A stretch of DNA of 64,000 nt. Origin: Methanothermococcus sp. Ax23. Its GTDB lineage: Archaea > AGJL01 > Methanococci > Methanococcales > Methanococcaceae. Each line of letters begins with the position of its first letter. Position 1 is the first letter of the stretch. The notes beneath the pieces are model-generated. The model ran no database searches. It was not told the DNA's origin and saw only the letters and a program-made list of their open reading frames with translations. Made by a program: the position numbers and the translations under genes. The DNA lies in NCBI RefSeq assembly GCF_049075655.1, contig NZ_CP157522.1, positions 512,001 through 576,000 of the forward strand, given 5' to 3'. Below, one piece after another: positions 10,623-21,183 of this stretch.

Positions 10623-11651
10623 TTATGGCTTTAATCCGCCATATAATAGTGATTCTGTTTCATCAAATCCGGCCATTAAATTCATATTATGAACTGCCTG
10701 ACCACTTGCCCCTTTTACAAGGTTGTCTATTGCTGAAACTACAACAAGTCTGCCGTGCCTATCCACTTCAAATCCTCCAATGTCGCAGAAGTTTGAACCT
10801 CTAACTCCTGTCAATGTAGGAGCTCCCTCATCAAATATTCTTACAAATGGTTCATTTTTATAGAATTTTTCATAAATGTCGATTATCTGTTCCCTGCTAA
10901 CATCCTCTTTTAAAAATGTGTGTGCAGTTGTTAATATCCCCCTAGTAATTGGTGCAAGATGTGGTGTAAATGACAATTTTATGTTTTTGTTGGTTAGTTT
11001 TTCCAGTTCTTTCTCTATTTCTGGGCTGTGCCTGTGAGTTGTTATTTTATAAGGGCTTATGTTCTCATTTACATTTGGAAAATGGGTAGTTTCTGATGGA
11101 TTAACCCCTGCACCGCTCACACCAGTTTTTGAATCAACAATTATCCTATTTTCTATCAAATCCTCCTTTACAAGTGGGGCTAATGCTAAAATTGAGCCAG
11201 TTGGGAAGCATCCAGGGTTTGCTACAAGTTTTGCTTTTTTAATGTCTTCCCTGTGGAGCTCAGGTAATCCATATACTGCATCAAGTTTTCCCGTATGTTC
11301 TAAATTATACCACTCCTCGTATGTGGCAATATCTTCAAATCTGTAATCTCCACTTAAATCAATAATCTTCATACCTTTTTCATACAATTCGGGCACTATT
11401 TTCATTGAAGCACCGTGTGGTGTTGCACAAAATACAAAATCGGAATCAATATCCTCAGGAGGGATATTCTTAAATGTCATATTATCAAGGTTTTTGATAC
11501 ATTTCAAATTTGGATGTAGTTTTGTTATTTTTACACCATCCATTTTTCGTGAAGTGATATATTTTATTTCAACTTCTGGATGATTTGAAAGTATTCTTAA
11601 TAATTCGCTCCCTGTGTATCCTGTTCCACCAATTATTGAAACTGTTATCAT
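10623..11651 (-). CDS. argC: N-acetyl-gamma-glutamyl-phosphate reductase
   Basis: [26 protein letters not shown]. Confidence 0.97.
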   Translation of the reverse strand: MITVSIIGGTGYTGSELLRILSNHPEVEIKYITSRKMDGVKITKLHPNLKCIKNLDNMTFKNIPPEDIDSDFVFCATPHGASMKIVPELYEKGMKIIDLSGDYRFEDIATYEEWYNLEHTGKLDAVYGLPELHREDIKKAKLVANPGCFPTGSILALAPLVKEDLIENRIIVDSKTGVSGAGVNPSETTHFPNVNENISPYKITTHRHSPEIEKELEKLTNKNIKLSFTPHLAPITRGILTTAHTFLKEDVSREQIIDIYEKFYKNEPFVRIFDEGAPTLTGVRGSNFCDIGGFEVDRHGRLVVVSAIDNLVKGASGQAVHNMNLMAGFDETESLLYGGLKP

Positions 11652-11670
11652 TTAATCACCATACTGTTCA

Positions 11671-12637
11671 TTATTTTTTATCTTTTATTTCCCTTATTAA
11701 ATCAATTACACATTTAACTTTTTTATTTTTTATAATTATACTATCGGATGTTGTCACTACCTCTTTATTCATTAATATGTAATCGCAATTTTTCACACAA
11801 AAAACTTTACCATCGATATTATATTTTTCCATCAAATTTCTTATTTTTTTGGAGAACTCCCCACTTTTTGACACTTGGGCATCAAAATAAAATATTGGTT
11901 TTATATCATACTTTTTAAATAATCCCATCAACAAATTTAGAGCTCTTTCAGTATCTGAGTTAATTTTGTAATTTCCGTAAATTCCCATAAAATCCCTGTA
12001 AATTCCATCATCGCATAAAACTACATTATTTTTTAAAAGTGCTTCAATTCCAATTAATACATTATATCCATCAATATTTAGCTCCTTATTCGATAATTTT
12101 TCAATATCTATTAATTTATTTTTTACGATAAACCGCCGGGAAAGCCAACGACTTCAGTCGTTATACAAAACATAGTTTTGTAAAATCTCTTACGAGATTG
12201 GATGAGAGGCGGACATTATATCGGCTAGTAAGTAGTAAAATATAAATATATGAAGATTAGTAGTAAGTAACGCTACCAGTCCAAGTATCTATGGGTAGGG
12301 TTAGTGAAAACTCTACCGCTGGTAGTGGTTGGAAGTGCATAGCGTAGCCCTGAACCCATTAATGGGTAGGGGTAGTGGGCTTGGCCACCCGTGTAGGGTT
12401 AAACCCTACTAAAATTAGACGAAATCACTTCGTGATTTCGTTGCTCGCTTACTACCGTAAGCGAGAACCCAACGAGTTCACTCGTTGGAGTAGGTCAGAG
12501 ACAACATTCAAAGCATAATCCTTTTTATATCCTCTGTTTATCAAATATCTAAAATCCTTTTTAGCATCCTTTATTTTTACGCTAATTTCTTTATTTAGTT
12601 TAGCACCTATTTTTTCGTTTATTTCTTTATGGGACAT
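11671..12637 (-). pseudogene. DUF434-family gene interrupted by mini-element copy C
   Basis: 5' part DFRYLINRGYKK..ALNVVSD (12499-12637); 3' part VKNKL...IDGYNVLI...CDDGIYRDF (11671-12126). Confidence 0.85.
12127..12498 (+). mobile_element. non-autonomous IS200/IS605-type mini-element (copy C, 372 bp)
   Basis: TTAC|GATAAACCGCC ... CCAACGAG-TTCA-CTCGTTGG-AGTAGGTCAG; interrupts a CDS. Confidence 0.9.
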
Positions 12638-13236
12638 ATTTCCTCACATTCTTTACAAAATATACAAGAATATATATCAACTTTAATTATGCAGGACTTT
12701 ACATAATCAACCGGAGAAACTATTGCATGCATTGGACAAAAATCCATACAAACTAAACAATTTTCACATTTTTTAGAATCTATTGAAATTCTATCATATC
12801 CTTCTTCAATATAGATTGCCTTTTTAGGACATTTTGGAATACATAATCCACAATTATTGCATTCTTTTGTAATAATTGGAGTTTCAGGCATTGGAATTTC
12901 ATTTTTTATAACTGGTATGGCACATACCAATGCACAGTATCCACATTTTATACATTTATCCTTATCAATTGTAAATCTATCCAATAAAATGGCATTGTTG
13001 GGGCAAGCCTCAACACAAGCCCCACAATGGGAACAGATTATATTTCTAAATTTAAAAATCCTTATAGCACTTGTTGGACATACTTCGGCACACAAACCGC
13101 AAGCTATACATTCATTTAAAATTGGCTTTTCTGTTCTTTTAGATTCTTGAAATTCATCTTTTTTAAATACATTTTTAAAAATCTTTTTTAATAGGTTTCC
13201 TTTATTTAGCACCCTATTTATCCCATTATGTTCCAT
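12619..13236 (-). CDS. polyferredoxin
   Basis: Six CxxCxxCxxxC(P) motifs. Confidence 0.85.
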   Translation of the reverse strand: MEHNGINRVLNKGNLLKKIFKNVFKKDEFQESKRTEKPILNECIACGLCAEVCPTSAIRIFKFRNIICSHCGACVEACPNNAILLDRFTIDKDKCIKCGYCALVCAIPVIKNEIPMPETPIITKECNNCGLCIPKCPKKAIYIEEGYDRISIDSKKCENCLVCMDFCPMHAIVSPVDYVKSCIIKVDIYSCIFCKECEEICPIKK

Positions 13237-13334
13237 ATTTTCGCTCTTTATGTTTTAACATGCATATTTGCCAATTACATTTAAAACTATTTTAGATATA
13301 TTTAAATATACAAATACATATTTATAAAATAAAA

Positions 13335-13409
13335 CGCCCTGGCCGGGATTTGAACCCGAGTCACAGGAGTGACAGTCCTGTATGATAGGCCGAGCTACAC
13401 CACCAGGGC
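13335..13409 (-). tRNA. tRNA-Asp (GTC)
   Basis: GCCCTGGTGGTGTAG...CAGGACT GTC ACTCCTG...GTTCAAATC. Confidence 0.95.
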
Positions 13410-13422
13410 AAATGTATAAAAA

Positions 13423-13542
13423 AAGGCTGACGGCGTCACCCTGTTCCCACCGAAAGGCAGTACTTAGGGTATCGCTGGAGGGCTTAATTTCCGAGATCGG
13501 AACGGGATCGGATGTGGCACCTCCGCTATGACCGTCATGCCA
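13423..13542 (-). rRNA. rrf: 5S rRNA
   Basis: ACGGTCATAGCGGAGG...CCGATCCCGTTCCGATCTCGGAAATTAAGCC...AGTACT. Confidence 0.95.
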
Positions 13543-13558
13543 AAAATGTTAATCGTAG

Positions 13559-13632
13559 CGGGCCCGAAGGGATTCGAACCCTCGACCGCCTGGTTAAAAG
13601 CCAGGCGCTCTACCAGACTAAGCTACGGGCCC
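13559..13632 (-). tRNA. tRNA-Lys (TTT)
   Basis: GGGCCCGTAGCTTAG...CCTGGCT TTT AACCAGG...GTTCGAATC. Confidence 0.95.
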
Positions 13633-13666
13633 AACAATTTCTATATAATCAATATAATTAATAAAA

Positions 13667-13741
13667 CGCCCTGGCCGGGATTTGAACCCGAGTCACAGGA
13701 GTGACAGTCCTGTATGATAGGCCGAGCTACACCACCAGGGC
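13667..13741 (-). tRNA. tRNA-Asp (GTC), second copy
   Basis: Identical to 13335-13409. Confidence 0.95.
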
Positions 13742-13754
13742 AAATGTATAAAAA

Positions 13755-13874
13755 AAGGCTGACGGCGTCACCCTGTTCCCACCGAAAGGCAGTACTTAGG
13801 GTATCGCTGGAGGGCTTAATTTCCGAGATCGGAACGGGATCGGATGTGGCACCTCCGCTATGACCGTCATGCCA
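13755..13874 (-). rRNA. rrf: 5S rRNA, second copy
   Basis: Identical to 13423-13542. Confidence 0.95.
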
Positions 13875-13890
13875 AAAATGTTAATCGTAG

Positions 13891-13964
13891 CGGGCCCGAA
13901 GGGATTCGAACCCTCGACCGCCTGGTTAAAAGCCAGGCGCTCTACCAGACTAAGCTACGGGCCC
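13891..13964 (-). tRNA. tRNA-Lys (TTT), second copy
   Basis: Identical to 13559-13632. Confidence 0.95.
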
Positions 13965-13971
13965 AATTATG

Positions 13972-14048
13972 TGGTCCGGCGGGCCGGATTTGAACCAGCG
14001 ACATGCGGATCTACAGTCCGCCGTTCTACCACGCTGAACTACCGCCGG
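13972..14048 (-). tRNA. tRNA-Tyr (GTA), CCA encoded
   Basis: GCGGACT GTA GATCCGC anticodon arm. Confidence 0.95.
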
Positions 14049-14071
14049 ATAGTGATTAATTAGATAATAAG

Positions 14072-14149
14072 TGGTGGGCCTGCCCAGATTTGAACTGGGG
14101 TCTCAGGATCCCAAATCCCAAAGGATGGACCAGGCTACCCCACAGGCCC
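14072..14149 (-). tRNA. tRNA-Pro (TGG), CCA encoded
   Basis: GGGCCTGTGGGGTAG...GGGATT TGG GATCC. Confidence 0.92.
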
Positions 14150-14171
14150 TATTATATATTCTGAAACATCA

Positions 14172-14245
14172 AGCCCCGGGGGGGATTCGAACCCCCGACC
14201 ACCTGATTACAAGTCAGGCGCTCTACCAGGCTGAGCCACCGAGGC
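14172..14245 (-). tRNA. tRNA-Thr (TGT)
   Basis: CCTGACT TGT AATCAGG anticodon arm. Confidence 0.95.
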
Positions 14246-14278
14246 ATTTTGTTTGCAAACTGAATAATACCCTTCTAC

Positions 14279-14295
14279 TATATAAACCTTTCGGT
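14279..14295 (-). promoter_or_regulatory. BRE/TATA promoter of tRNA/5S operon
   Basis: ACCGAAAGGTTTATATA about 35 nt upstream of tRNA-Thr. Confidence 0.85.
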
Positions 14296-14363
14296 TTTAA
14301 TAATTTAAATTGATGAGTATATATTAAACAAATAAAAAATATGGTAAAAAATTATGATAAAAT

Positions 14364-15263
14364 TTAATCACCTCTTTTTGCAAGGAGCTCCTTCTCAGGA
14401 ATGTCTTCAATGTTGATTCCAACCATTGCCTCTCCAAGGTTTTTGCTGACTTCTGCTATTACATCAGGCTTATCGTAATTGTATGTTGCCTCAACAATTG
14501 CCTTTGCTCTTTCTTCTGGATTTCCTGATTTGAAAATACCCGAACCAACAAATACACCGTCGCATCCCATCTGCATCATCAATGCTGCATCTGCTGGTGT
14601 TGCGATACCTCCCGCTGCGAAATTAACCACTGGCAATCTTTTCAATTTTGCTACTTCATATACCAAATCTAATGGAACCTTCAATTCATTTCTTGCCATT
14701 TGGACGAGCTCCCTATCAAGACCCATTTCATAGTATCCAACAACTCTTGCAATACCTTCATTTACTGCTCTCATGTGTTTTACAGCTTCAACAACATTTC
14801 CTGTTCCCGCTTCTCCTTTTGTTCTTATCATTGCAGCTCCTTCGTCGATTCTTCTTAATGCCTCTCCAAGATTTCTCGCACCACATACAAATGGAACTTT
14901 AAATGCTTTTTTATCGATATGATTTACTTCATCAGCAGGGGTTAATACCTCACTTTCATCAATCATATCAACGCCAATTGCCTCTAAAACCTGTGCTTCA
15001 ACAAAATGACCTATTCTTGCCTTAGCCATCACAGGAATTGACACAGCATCTTTTATTTCCAATATCATTTCAGGGTCTGACATTCTTGCTACTCCACCCT
15101 GAGCTCTTATGTCTGCTGGAACTCTTTCCAAAGCCATTACCGCAGTAGCTCCTGCATCCTCAGCAATTTGTGCCTGTTCAGCATTTGTAACGTCCATTAC
15201 AACTCCGTGCTTTACCATTTTTGCAAATCCTCTTTTTAAAAGCTCTGTTCCAACTTTTTTCAT
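14364..15263 (-). CDS. pdxS: PLP synthase lyase subunit
   Basis: [37 protein letters not shown]. Confidence 0.97.
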   Translation of the reverse strand: MKKVGTELLKRGFAKMVKHGVVMDVTNAEQAQIAEDAGATAVMALERVPADIRAQGGVARMSDPEMILEIKDAVSIPVMAKARIGHFVEAQVLEAIGVDMIDESEVLTPADEVNHIDKKAFKVPFVCGARNLGEALRRIDEGAAMIRTKGEAGTGNVVEAVKHMRAVNEGIARVVGYYEMGLDRELVQMARNELKVPLDLVYEVAKLKRLPVVNFAAGGIATPADAALMMQMGCDGVFVGSGIFKSGNPEERAKAIVEATYNYDKPDVIAEVSKNLGEAMVGINIEDIPEKELLAKRGD

Positions 15264-15399
15264 AATATACCTCTTTTATTTTATATGTTATAATTTTTAA
15301 TATTCATTTTAATTATTTTTTATATATTTAACATTATCGAAATTAATCTATTAATTTATTAATTACTAATTTTATAATTCTATGATAATACACTCCGCC

Positions 15400-16047
15400 C
15401 TATTCTTCAATATGCCATCCCTCCTCTCCAATTAATGGAACAAATGCAACCTCCCCTAAATTTTTCTTTATTAATGATTTACCTCTTTTTTCCAGTAGAA
15501 TTAAATTTTGAATATACTGCCCAACAGGAGCTACAATTTTTCCCCCATCCTTTAACTGTTCAATTAATGGTTTTGGAATATCCGGACCTGCTGCGGTTAT
15601 ATATATTCTATCATATGGTGCAAGGGGTTCATACCCCAATGTTCCATCTCCACAAATCACTATTACATTATCATAACCTAATTCCCTCAATACAGTTTCG
15701 GCTTTTTCAGCCAGTTTTGGAACTCTCTCTATTGTGATTACCTGCCCGTTTTTTCCAACAATTTCGGCTACAACTGCGGCATGATAACCAGAACCTGTTC
15801 CAACTTCAAGAACCTTATGACCTTCTTTTAAATCAAGAGCTCCGCACATCATAGCCACCATGTGAATGGCTGAAATTGTCTGACCATAACCAATGTTTAA
15901 GGGTGTGTCAATATATGCGTAATCCCTGAGCTCCTCTGGAACAAACTTATCCCTCGGGACTTTTAAAAGAGCCTCAGCTACCTTTTTATCTTTTATATAT
16001 CCTTCCCTCTCCAATCTTTCCACAACTGGAATCATTTCCATTATCAT
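15400..16047 (-). CDS. pcm: protein-L-isoaspartate O-methyltransferase
   Basis: [24 protein letters not shown]. Confidence 0.95.
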   Translation of the reverse strand: MIMEMIPVVERLEREGYIKDKKVAEALLKVPRDKFVPEELRDYAYIDTPLNIGYGQTISAIHMVAMMCGALDLKEGHKVLEVGTGSGYHAAVVAEIVGKNGQVITIERVPKLAEKAETVLRELGYDNVIVICGDGTLGYEPLAPYDRIYITAAGPDIPKPLIEQLKDGGKIVAPVGQYIQNLILLEKRGKSLIKKNLGEVAFVPLIGEEGWHIEE

Positions 16048-16066
16048 AATTTCACCTCATATCCCT

Positions 16067-17296
16067 TTACTTCTTTCCCCTCATGGCGATATATGCTCCC
16101 ACGCACACCATAAATGAAATCATGGCAGAAAACTTATACATATTGGACAATCCTACATAATCTGCAACAAATCCAAGAACTACCGCACCAATAAACATTC
16201 CAATGTTTAAGCTGGTGGTGAAAAATCCCATCGCTCCTCCCTTTTTATGATGGGGAATCTCTTTCATAGCTAGGGCATTTATAGCAGGAACATACATGGC
16301 ACCTCCAAGAGCCATAATTATCAAAGATAGGAACATATTTATGAATGAATGAGATATAGAAAGCCCATAAACCCCCAGAGCTCCGATAATCAAACCTATG
16401 TATATTATAGGATTTCCCAATTTATCATAAATTTTTCCAAATTTTCTTTGAAGAGCTCCCATAACTAAGTTAGTAGATGCTATCAAAAACCCTACATAAG
16501 CCACTCCAATGTTGTAATTCGAAGCATAAACTGCCAAATAACCTATTATACCCGCAGTAATTGCCATGTAAGATGTATTTATAATATAGGATATTAAAAA
16601 ATATTTATTCTCCAAAAACTCGAAAGATATTAACTCTTTATTGGAACTATTTCCCTTAACTACGCAATCCGAAATGTATTCATATTTTCCATCCTTATTA
16701 ACTACCACATTTTTTAATTTAAAATAGCTCACTAAAAATGCAAGAAATGCCAGAGCTCCGCAAAAATAAAATGGTGTTCTTATGCCATACCACTCTGCAA
16801 GAAATCCCCCAATAAGTGGTCCCATGGCAAATCCCAGCCCAATTGCCGAGCCAAAAATACCCATATATTCCCCAAGTTTTTCCCTTGGAGCTATGGTTGC
16901 AACATATGCACCAGCAACAGGAGTAATAAAAGAAGAAAATGCCCCATTAAATATTCTCACAAATAACAGTCCAATAACTGAGCTCACAAAGGCATACATT
17001 AATGTGAAAACACCACAAAAAAATGTTCCTATTAAAATGAATATTTTTTTACCGTATTTATCGGATAAACTTCCAATAGGAATTTGAGCAATGGTTCTTG
17101 CAATTGCAAAAGAACCAAAAATAAGCCCTATTTCAAAATTTGATGCCCCCAATTCCTTGGCATAAATTGACATAAGCGGAGCTATCAAACCAATTCCAAG
17201 CATTGTTATAAATGTTGTAATCCATAATATTATTACAATTTCCATTGGATTTACATTACTATTGTCTTTTATATTATTATGTCTATTATCGCTCAT
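16067..17296 (-). CDS. MFS transporter
   Basis: GSLSDKYGKK motif A, about 12 hydrophobic segments. Confidence 0.9.
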   Translation of the reverse strand: MSDNRHNNIKDNSNVNPMEIVIILWITTFITMLGIGLIAPLMSIYAKELGASNFEIGLIFGSFAIARTIAQIPIGSLSDKYGKKIFILIGTFFCGVFTLMYAFVSSVIGLLFVRIFNGAFSSFITPVAGAYVATIAPREKLGEYMGIFGSAIGLGFAMGPLIGGFLAEWYGIRTPFYFCGALAFLAFLVSYFKLKNVVVNKDGKYEYISDCVVKGNSSNKELISFEFLENKYFLISYIINTSYMAITAGIIGYLAVYASNYNIGVAYVGFLIASTNLVMGALQRKFGKIYDKLGNPIIYIGLIIGALGVYGLSISHSFINMFLSLIIMALGGAMYVPAINALAMKEIPHHKKGGAMGFFTTSLNIGMFIGAVVLGFVADYVGLSNMYKFSAMISFMVCVGAYIAMRGKK

Positions 17297-17358
17297 TATT
17301 TGCCCATATATTAATTTTTTATTTTATTATTATTTTCTATTGAATGTAGGGAGTTATT

Positions 17359-18543
17359 TTATTTTATCCAGTTATCCAGCGTTAATTTAGGCTCATACCA
17401 TCTTATCTTTGGTGGGGTCTTCATTATTTTTCCATACTCTCCGCCACCACCGGGATAGATATATATTTTGTTTCTTCTGAATAAATCAATTGTTTTCCCA
17501 ACCTTTTCATTTATTTTTGTTAAATCTGGTATATCAACATTTGTAAGAATATTAATTTCATCATAGTATAAGTCAATATACTCCTGCCAAAGTGATTCTA
17601 CCGCCTTTGTTCCTATGTTTTTGCCAATTGAAAGGGATATAATTTGAGATAGTGGAATTATTTTATAATACGGTGGTCTAAAATCTGGATGAACGATTTT
17701 TTTATCCTTTGATAGCTCCAAAGTTCTGTCATACACACCTTTTTTAATCCTTCCACCGCATTCAGCACATTTGAAGTTCAATTTTTCAGCATCTTCAATA
17801 TGGTATCTTAAATGGCAGTTTGAACATGCCGTTAAATGATACTTTCCAAGTGCCGGGTCAAGACCGTAGTTTGCAACGATTTTATTGTTTTTTAGGGCTT
17901 TTTTTATTTCTTCAAAATTTTCTTCAATATTTCCGAGATTGCCTATTTCAATCTGGTTAAATTCCCTTCCTAATCTATGGGGGTGGAATGAATGGGCATC
18001 AGAATTACTTAAAAATGGAATATCTCTGAGCTCATCCACCATGTCCCCCATGTCAGTATCTGCGGATAAACCGAGCTCTACAAAATCCGGCTTTTTTCCG
18101 TAGCAATCGTATATTGAATTGAACGATTTATATATGCTTGTGTATGGTGTAAAAGCATGTGCTGGTCCAATGAGTCCCCCAATTTCTTTAATAATTTCAA
18201 ATAGTTCTTTACCACTTAAAACAACTCTTGGTCTTCCCTCTGTGTCAATGTTTTTGGAATATTTTTTTAAGGTATCCCTTAGTTCCTCAACTTTTGAAAT
18301 ACTTGGCAAAAAAACAAGATGATGAACACGGTTTTTATCTTCTATTTCAGTGGTTAAAAGCAAATGGTTGCTGTCATTGTATTTTTTAATCTCTTCCAAG
18401 TATTTTGGATGAAGGCAGTCCCCAGTTCCAATAATATCTAGTCCCTTTAATTTCCCGTATTTTATTATATGCTCAATATCCATATACTTTGATGTCCCCT
18501 TTGCAAATCTTGAATGAATGTGTAAATCTGCGTTTATAATCAC
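17359..18543 (-). CDS. PHP-domain/Zn-finger protein, TIGR00375 (endonuclease Q-like)
   Basis: DLHIHS, PAHAFTP, SNSDAHS, LGRE, GKYH..C..C, C..CGG, GGGGEYG. Confidence 0.85.
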   Translation of the reverse strand: MIINADLHIHSRFAKGTSKYMDIEHIIKYGKLKGLDIIGTGDCLHPKYLEEIKKYNDSNHLLLTTEIEDKNRVHHLVFLPSISKVEELRDTLKKYSKNIDTEGRPRVVLSGKELFEIIKEIGGLIGPAHAFTPYTSIYKSFNSIYDCYGKKPDFVELGLSADTDMGDMVDELRDIPFLSNSDAHSFHPHRLGREFNQIEIGNLGNIEENFEEIKKALKNNKIVANYGLDPALGKYHLTACSNCHLRYHIEDAEKLNFKCAECGGRIKKGVYDRTLELSKDKKIVHPDFRPPYYKIIPLSQIISLSIGKNIGTKAVESLWQEYIDLYYDEINILTNVDIPDLTKINEKVGKTIDLFRRNKIYIYPGGGGEYGKIMKTPPKIRWYEPKLTLDNWIK

Positions 18544-18618
18544 AATATCACCATTAAATTAAGAAAATTGTAAATTTAACTAAAAACACTAAAATAGAAA
18601 TAAAAATAAAATAAAAAA

Positions 18619-19056
18619 TTATTCAAGCTCCTTTAAAAATGAAGCTATCTTTTGAACTACAACCTTTGCCTCTTCCTCATTTTTTGGATATATTAAGTTT
18701 AATCTTGGTATTTCCCTTCTTCTTATAAGGTATTTTGAGAGCTCATTTGTTCTCGCACATCCGACGCATCCAAAGGCAATAGGTGCCTCATTCATAATAA
18801 TTGCAGCGTCTGCCTCTTCAATCAACGGACCTATTAAAGACATTCTCCCCCTTACTCCAGAAGGAACCTCAATTGCAGCATATCTGAGTCCTTTTTTAGG
18901 GTCTTCATCAGTCATATTTAAAGGTGGGCTGTCAATTTCCGCAGTCCTTACTTTTTCGCCGATTACATTGTTTAACATTAATGGTTTGTGCCCAAATCTT
19001 TCCACTAAATCTCCCAATATAAGACTGTTTGGCGGGTAAATAAATACTTTTTTCAC
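18619..19056 (-). CDS. methanogenesis marker protein 5
   Basis: [41 protein letters not shown]; GTG start after GGTGA. Confidence 0.9.
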   Translation of the reverse strand: MKKVFIYPPNSLILGDLVERFGHKPLMLNNVIGEKVRTAEIDSPPLNMTDEDPKKGLRYAAIEVPSGVRGRMSLIGPLIEEADAAIIMNEAPIAFGCVGCARTNELSKYLIRRREIPRLNLIYPKNEEEAKVVVQKIASFLKELE

Positions 19057-19134
19057 ACTATCACCGTAATATTTATTGATTATCAATATTTTAAACTACC
19101 ATTAGTTTATTTTATTTTTTATGCCTTTTACATT

Positions 19135-19527
19135 TTACATTTTCGGATATGCATCATCAGGCAGGAATTTGGACAATTCAGGTCGTCTTGAAAGGGATAA
19201 AATTTCTTCGAACATTCCCGCAGTTATATCAACAGCACCTATTGCCCCTAAAATCTCATCACCATCTTTTATTGGAACTACTATTACTGGAAGTCCTGCA
19301 TAAGGCCCCATTGTAGCACTTACTCTTAATGTTTCTCCCAATTCAATGGCGAGCTTCAAGACATAGCCCTCATAGTTATCATCTACGAGCTCTCCTTTTT
19401 CAATTCTTACTCCAGGTTTTTCCTTAGACCGCATAGCTATTGGAACTTTATTTACCAATAAATGCACGGCATAGGCGATTGGTAGAATATCATTGGCGTC
19501 CCCTTTTTTTAAAACTTCTTTTAACAT
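19135..19527 (-). CDS. DUF2111-like protein
   Basis: MRSKEKPGVR, GPYAGLPVIVVPI, GAVDIT. Confidence 0.7.
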   Translation of the reverse strand: MLKEVLKKGDANDILPIAYAVHLLVNKVPIAMRSKEKPGVRIEKGELVDDNYEGYVLKLAIELGETLRVSATMGPYAGLPVIVVPIKDGDEILGAIGAVDITAGMFEEILSLSRRPELSKFLPDDAYPKM

Positions 19528-19685
19528 ACTTTCACCTTCTTTTTAGTAATTATATTTATACTATAAATTAATATTTAAAAATTAGGTATTGGTGAAATAT
19601 ATAAATAAAAATTACATAATAAGAACTGAAATATGTATGAACATAAACATGCGAGATGGAAAATAACAATTTAATTGGTGATATC

Positions 19686-21017
19686 ATGAAGGTTTTATTG
19701 GTAGGTGGAGGAGCTCGGGAACATGCCATTGCAAGAGCTCTGAAAAAAAATGAGTCTGTAAAACTATACACTCTCATGAAGAACAAAAACCCGGGAATAT
19801 TCAGAATCTCAGAAAAAGTTTCATTAAACAGTGAAACAGATTTGGATGCAGTGAAGAAATTTGCAGAAGAGGTAAAGCCTGATTTGGCAGTGATTGGTCC
19901 AGAAGCTCCTTTGGGCGTTGGGGTTGCGGACATGCTTTGTGAGATGGGCATACCAACAGCAGGACCTAAAAAACTCCCAGCACAAATTGAAACAAGCAAA
20001 GAGTTCATGAGAAATCTCTTTAAAAAATACAGCATAAAAGGTTCATTAAAATACGGTGCATTTAACAGCTACGATGGAGTAGAGGAGTTTATCGATGAAA
20101 TGACAAATTTAGGAATGGATGTTGTTGTTAAACCTGTTGGATTAACAGGAGGAAAGGGAGTAAAGGTTGTCGGTGAGCAGTTAAAGGACAACGAAGAGGC
20201 AAAGGAATATGCAAAGGAGATATTTGAAAAAAGCATCGGCGGTGGAAAATTAATAATTGAGGAAAAACTCGTTGGTGTTGAATTCACACTCCACGGTTTT
20301 GTTGATGGAGAAACTATCGTATTCATGCCACCAGTTCAAGACCACCCTCATGCCTATGAAAATGACGAAGGTCCTATTACCGGTGGTATGGGTTCATACT
20401 CCTGCCCAGACCACAATTTGCCATTTTTAACAGAAGATGATTTGAACGAAGCAAAAGAAATAATGAAAAATACAGTGGAAGCAATTAAAAAAGAAGTAGG
20501 GGCATATCAAGGATTTTTATACGGCCAGTTCATGCTCACAGTAGATGGTCCAAAAATAATCGAATACAATGCAAGATTTGGAGACCCTGAGGCTATGAAT
20601 TTGCTCCCTATATTAAAAACTGACTTTGTGGAAGTATGCAATGCAATAGCAAACGGCGAATTAAATAAATTAAACATAGAATTTGAAAACAAAGCAACAG
20701 TTTGTAAATATGTGGTTCCAGAAGGATATCCATTAAATCCAGTGAAAGATAGGGAAATATTCGTTGATGAAGATAAAATAAAGGAAACTGGTGCAGTATT
20801 GTTCTATGCTTCCATAAACGAGAAGGATGGAAAGTTGTATATCACAGGTTCAAGAAGTGCGGCGGTTGTTGGAGTAGCGGATACTATTGAAGAAGCAGAA
20901 AAAATAGCAGAAAATGCCATACAGCACATAAAGGGAGATGTATTTTATAGAAAAGACATTGGAACATTGGATTTAATAAACAAAAGAATAGAGAGAATGA
21001 AAGAACTTAGGAAATGA
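19686..21017 (+). CDS. purD: phosphoribosylamine-glycine ligase
   Basis: [31 protein letters not shown]. Confidence 0.97.
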   Translation: MKVLLVGGGAREHAIARALKKNESVKLYTLMKNKNPGIFRISEKVSLNSETDLDAVKKFAEEVKPDLAVIGPEAPLGVGVADMLCEMGIPTAGPKKLPAQIETSKEFMRNLFKKYSIKGSLKYGAFNSYDGVEEFIDEMTNLGMDVVVKPVGLTGGKGVKVVGEQLKDNEEAKEYAKEIFEKSIGGGKLIIEEKLVGVEFTLHGFVDGETIVFMPPVQDHPHAYENDEGPITGGMGSYSCPDHNLPFLTEDDLNEAKEIMKNTVEAIKKEVGAYQGFLYGQFMLTVDGPKIIEYNARFGDPEAMNLLPILKTDFVEVCNAIANGELNKLNIEFENKATVCKYVVPEGYPLNPVKDREIFVDEDKIKETGAVLFYASINEKDGKLYITGSRSAAVVGVADTIEEAEKIAENAIQHIKGDVFYRKDIGTLDLINKRIERMKELRK

Positions 21018-21183
21018 ATGAGCTCAGAAGTGGCAACTAAAAATTTATATATATAACCCATAGGAATATACTGAATTTATGAGATACTAAACTTTATAAA
21101 TAACTTATAGTATATTATTAGAAATATTAATAATAGGAATAATTACATTATAAAAAGAGTGATAAAGTAAAAGAGTGGATACG

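Noticed and set aside
13860-14313. Plus-strand ORFs of 67 and 80 aa
   Set aside because: Antisense shadows of the tRNA and 5S genes
17359-18543. EndoQ-like nuclease as the cause of the GAGCTC enrichment
   Set aside because: EndoQ recognises damaged bases rather than sequence; co-occurrence in the window is not evidence
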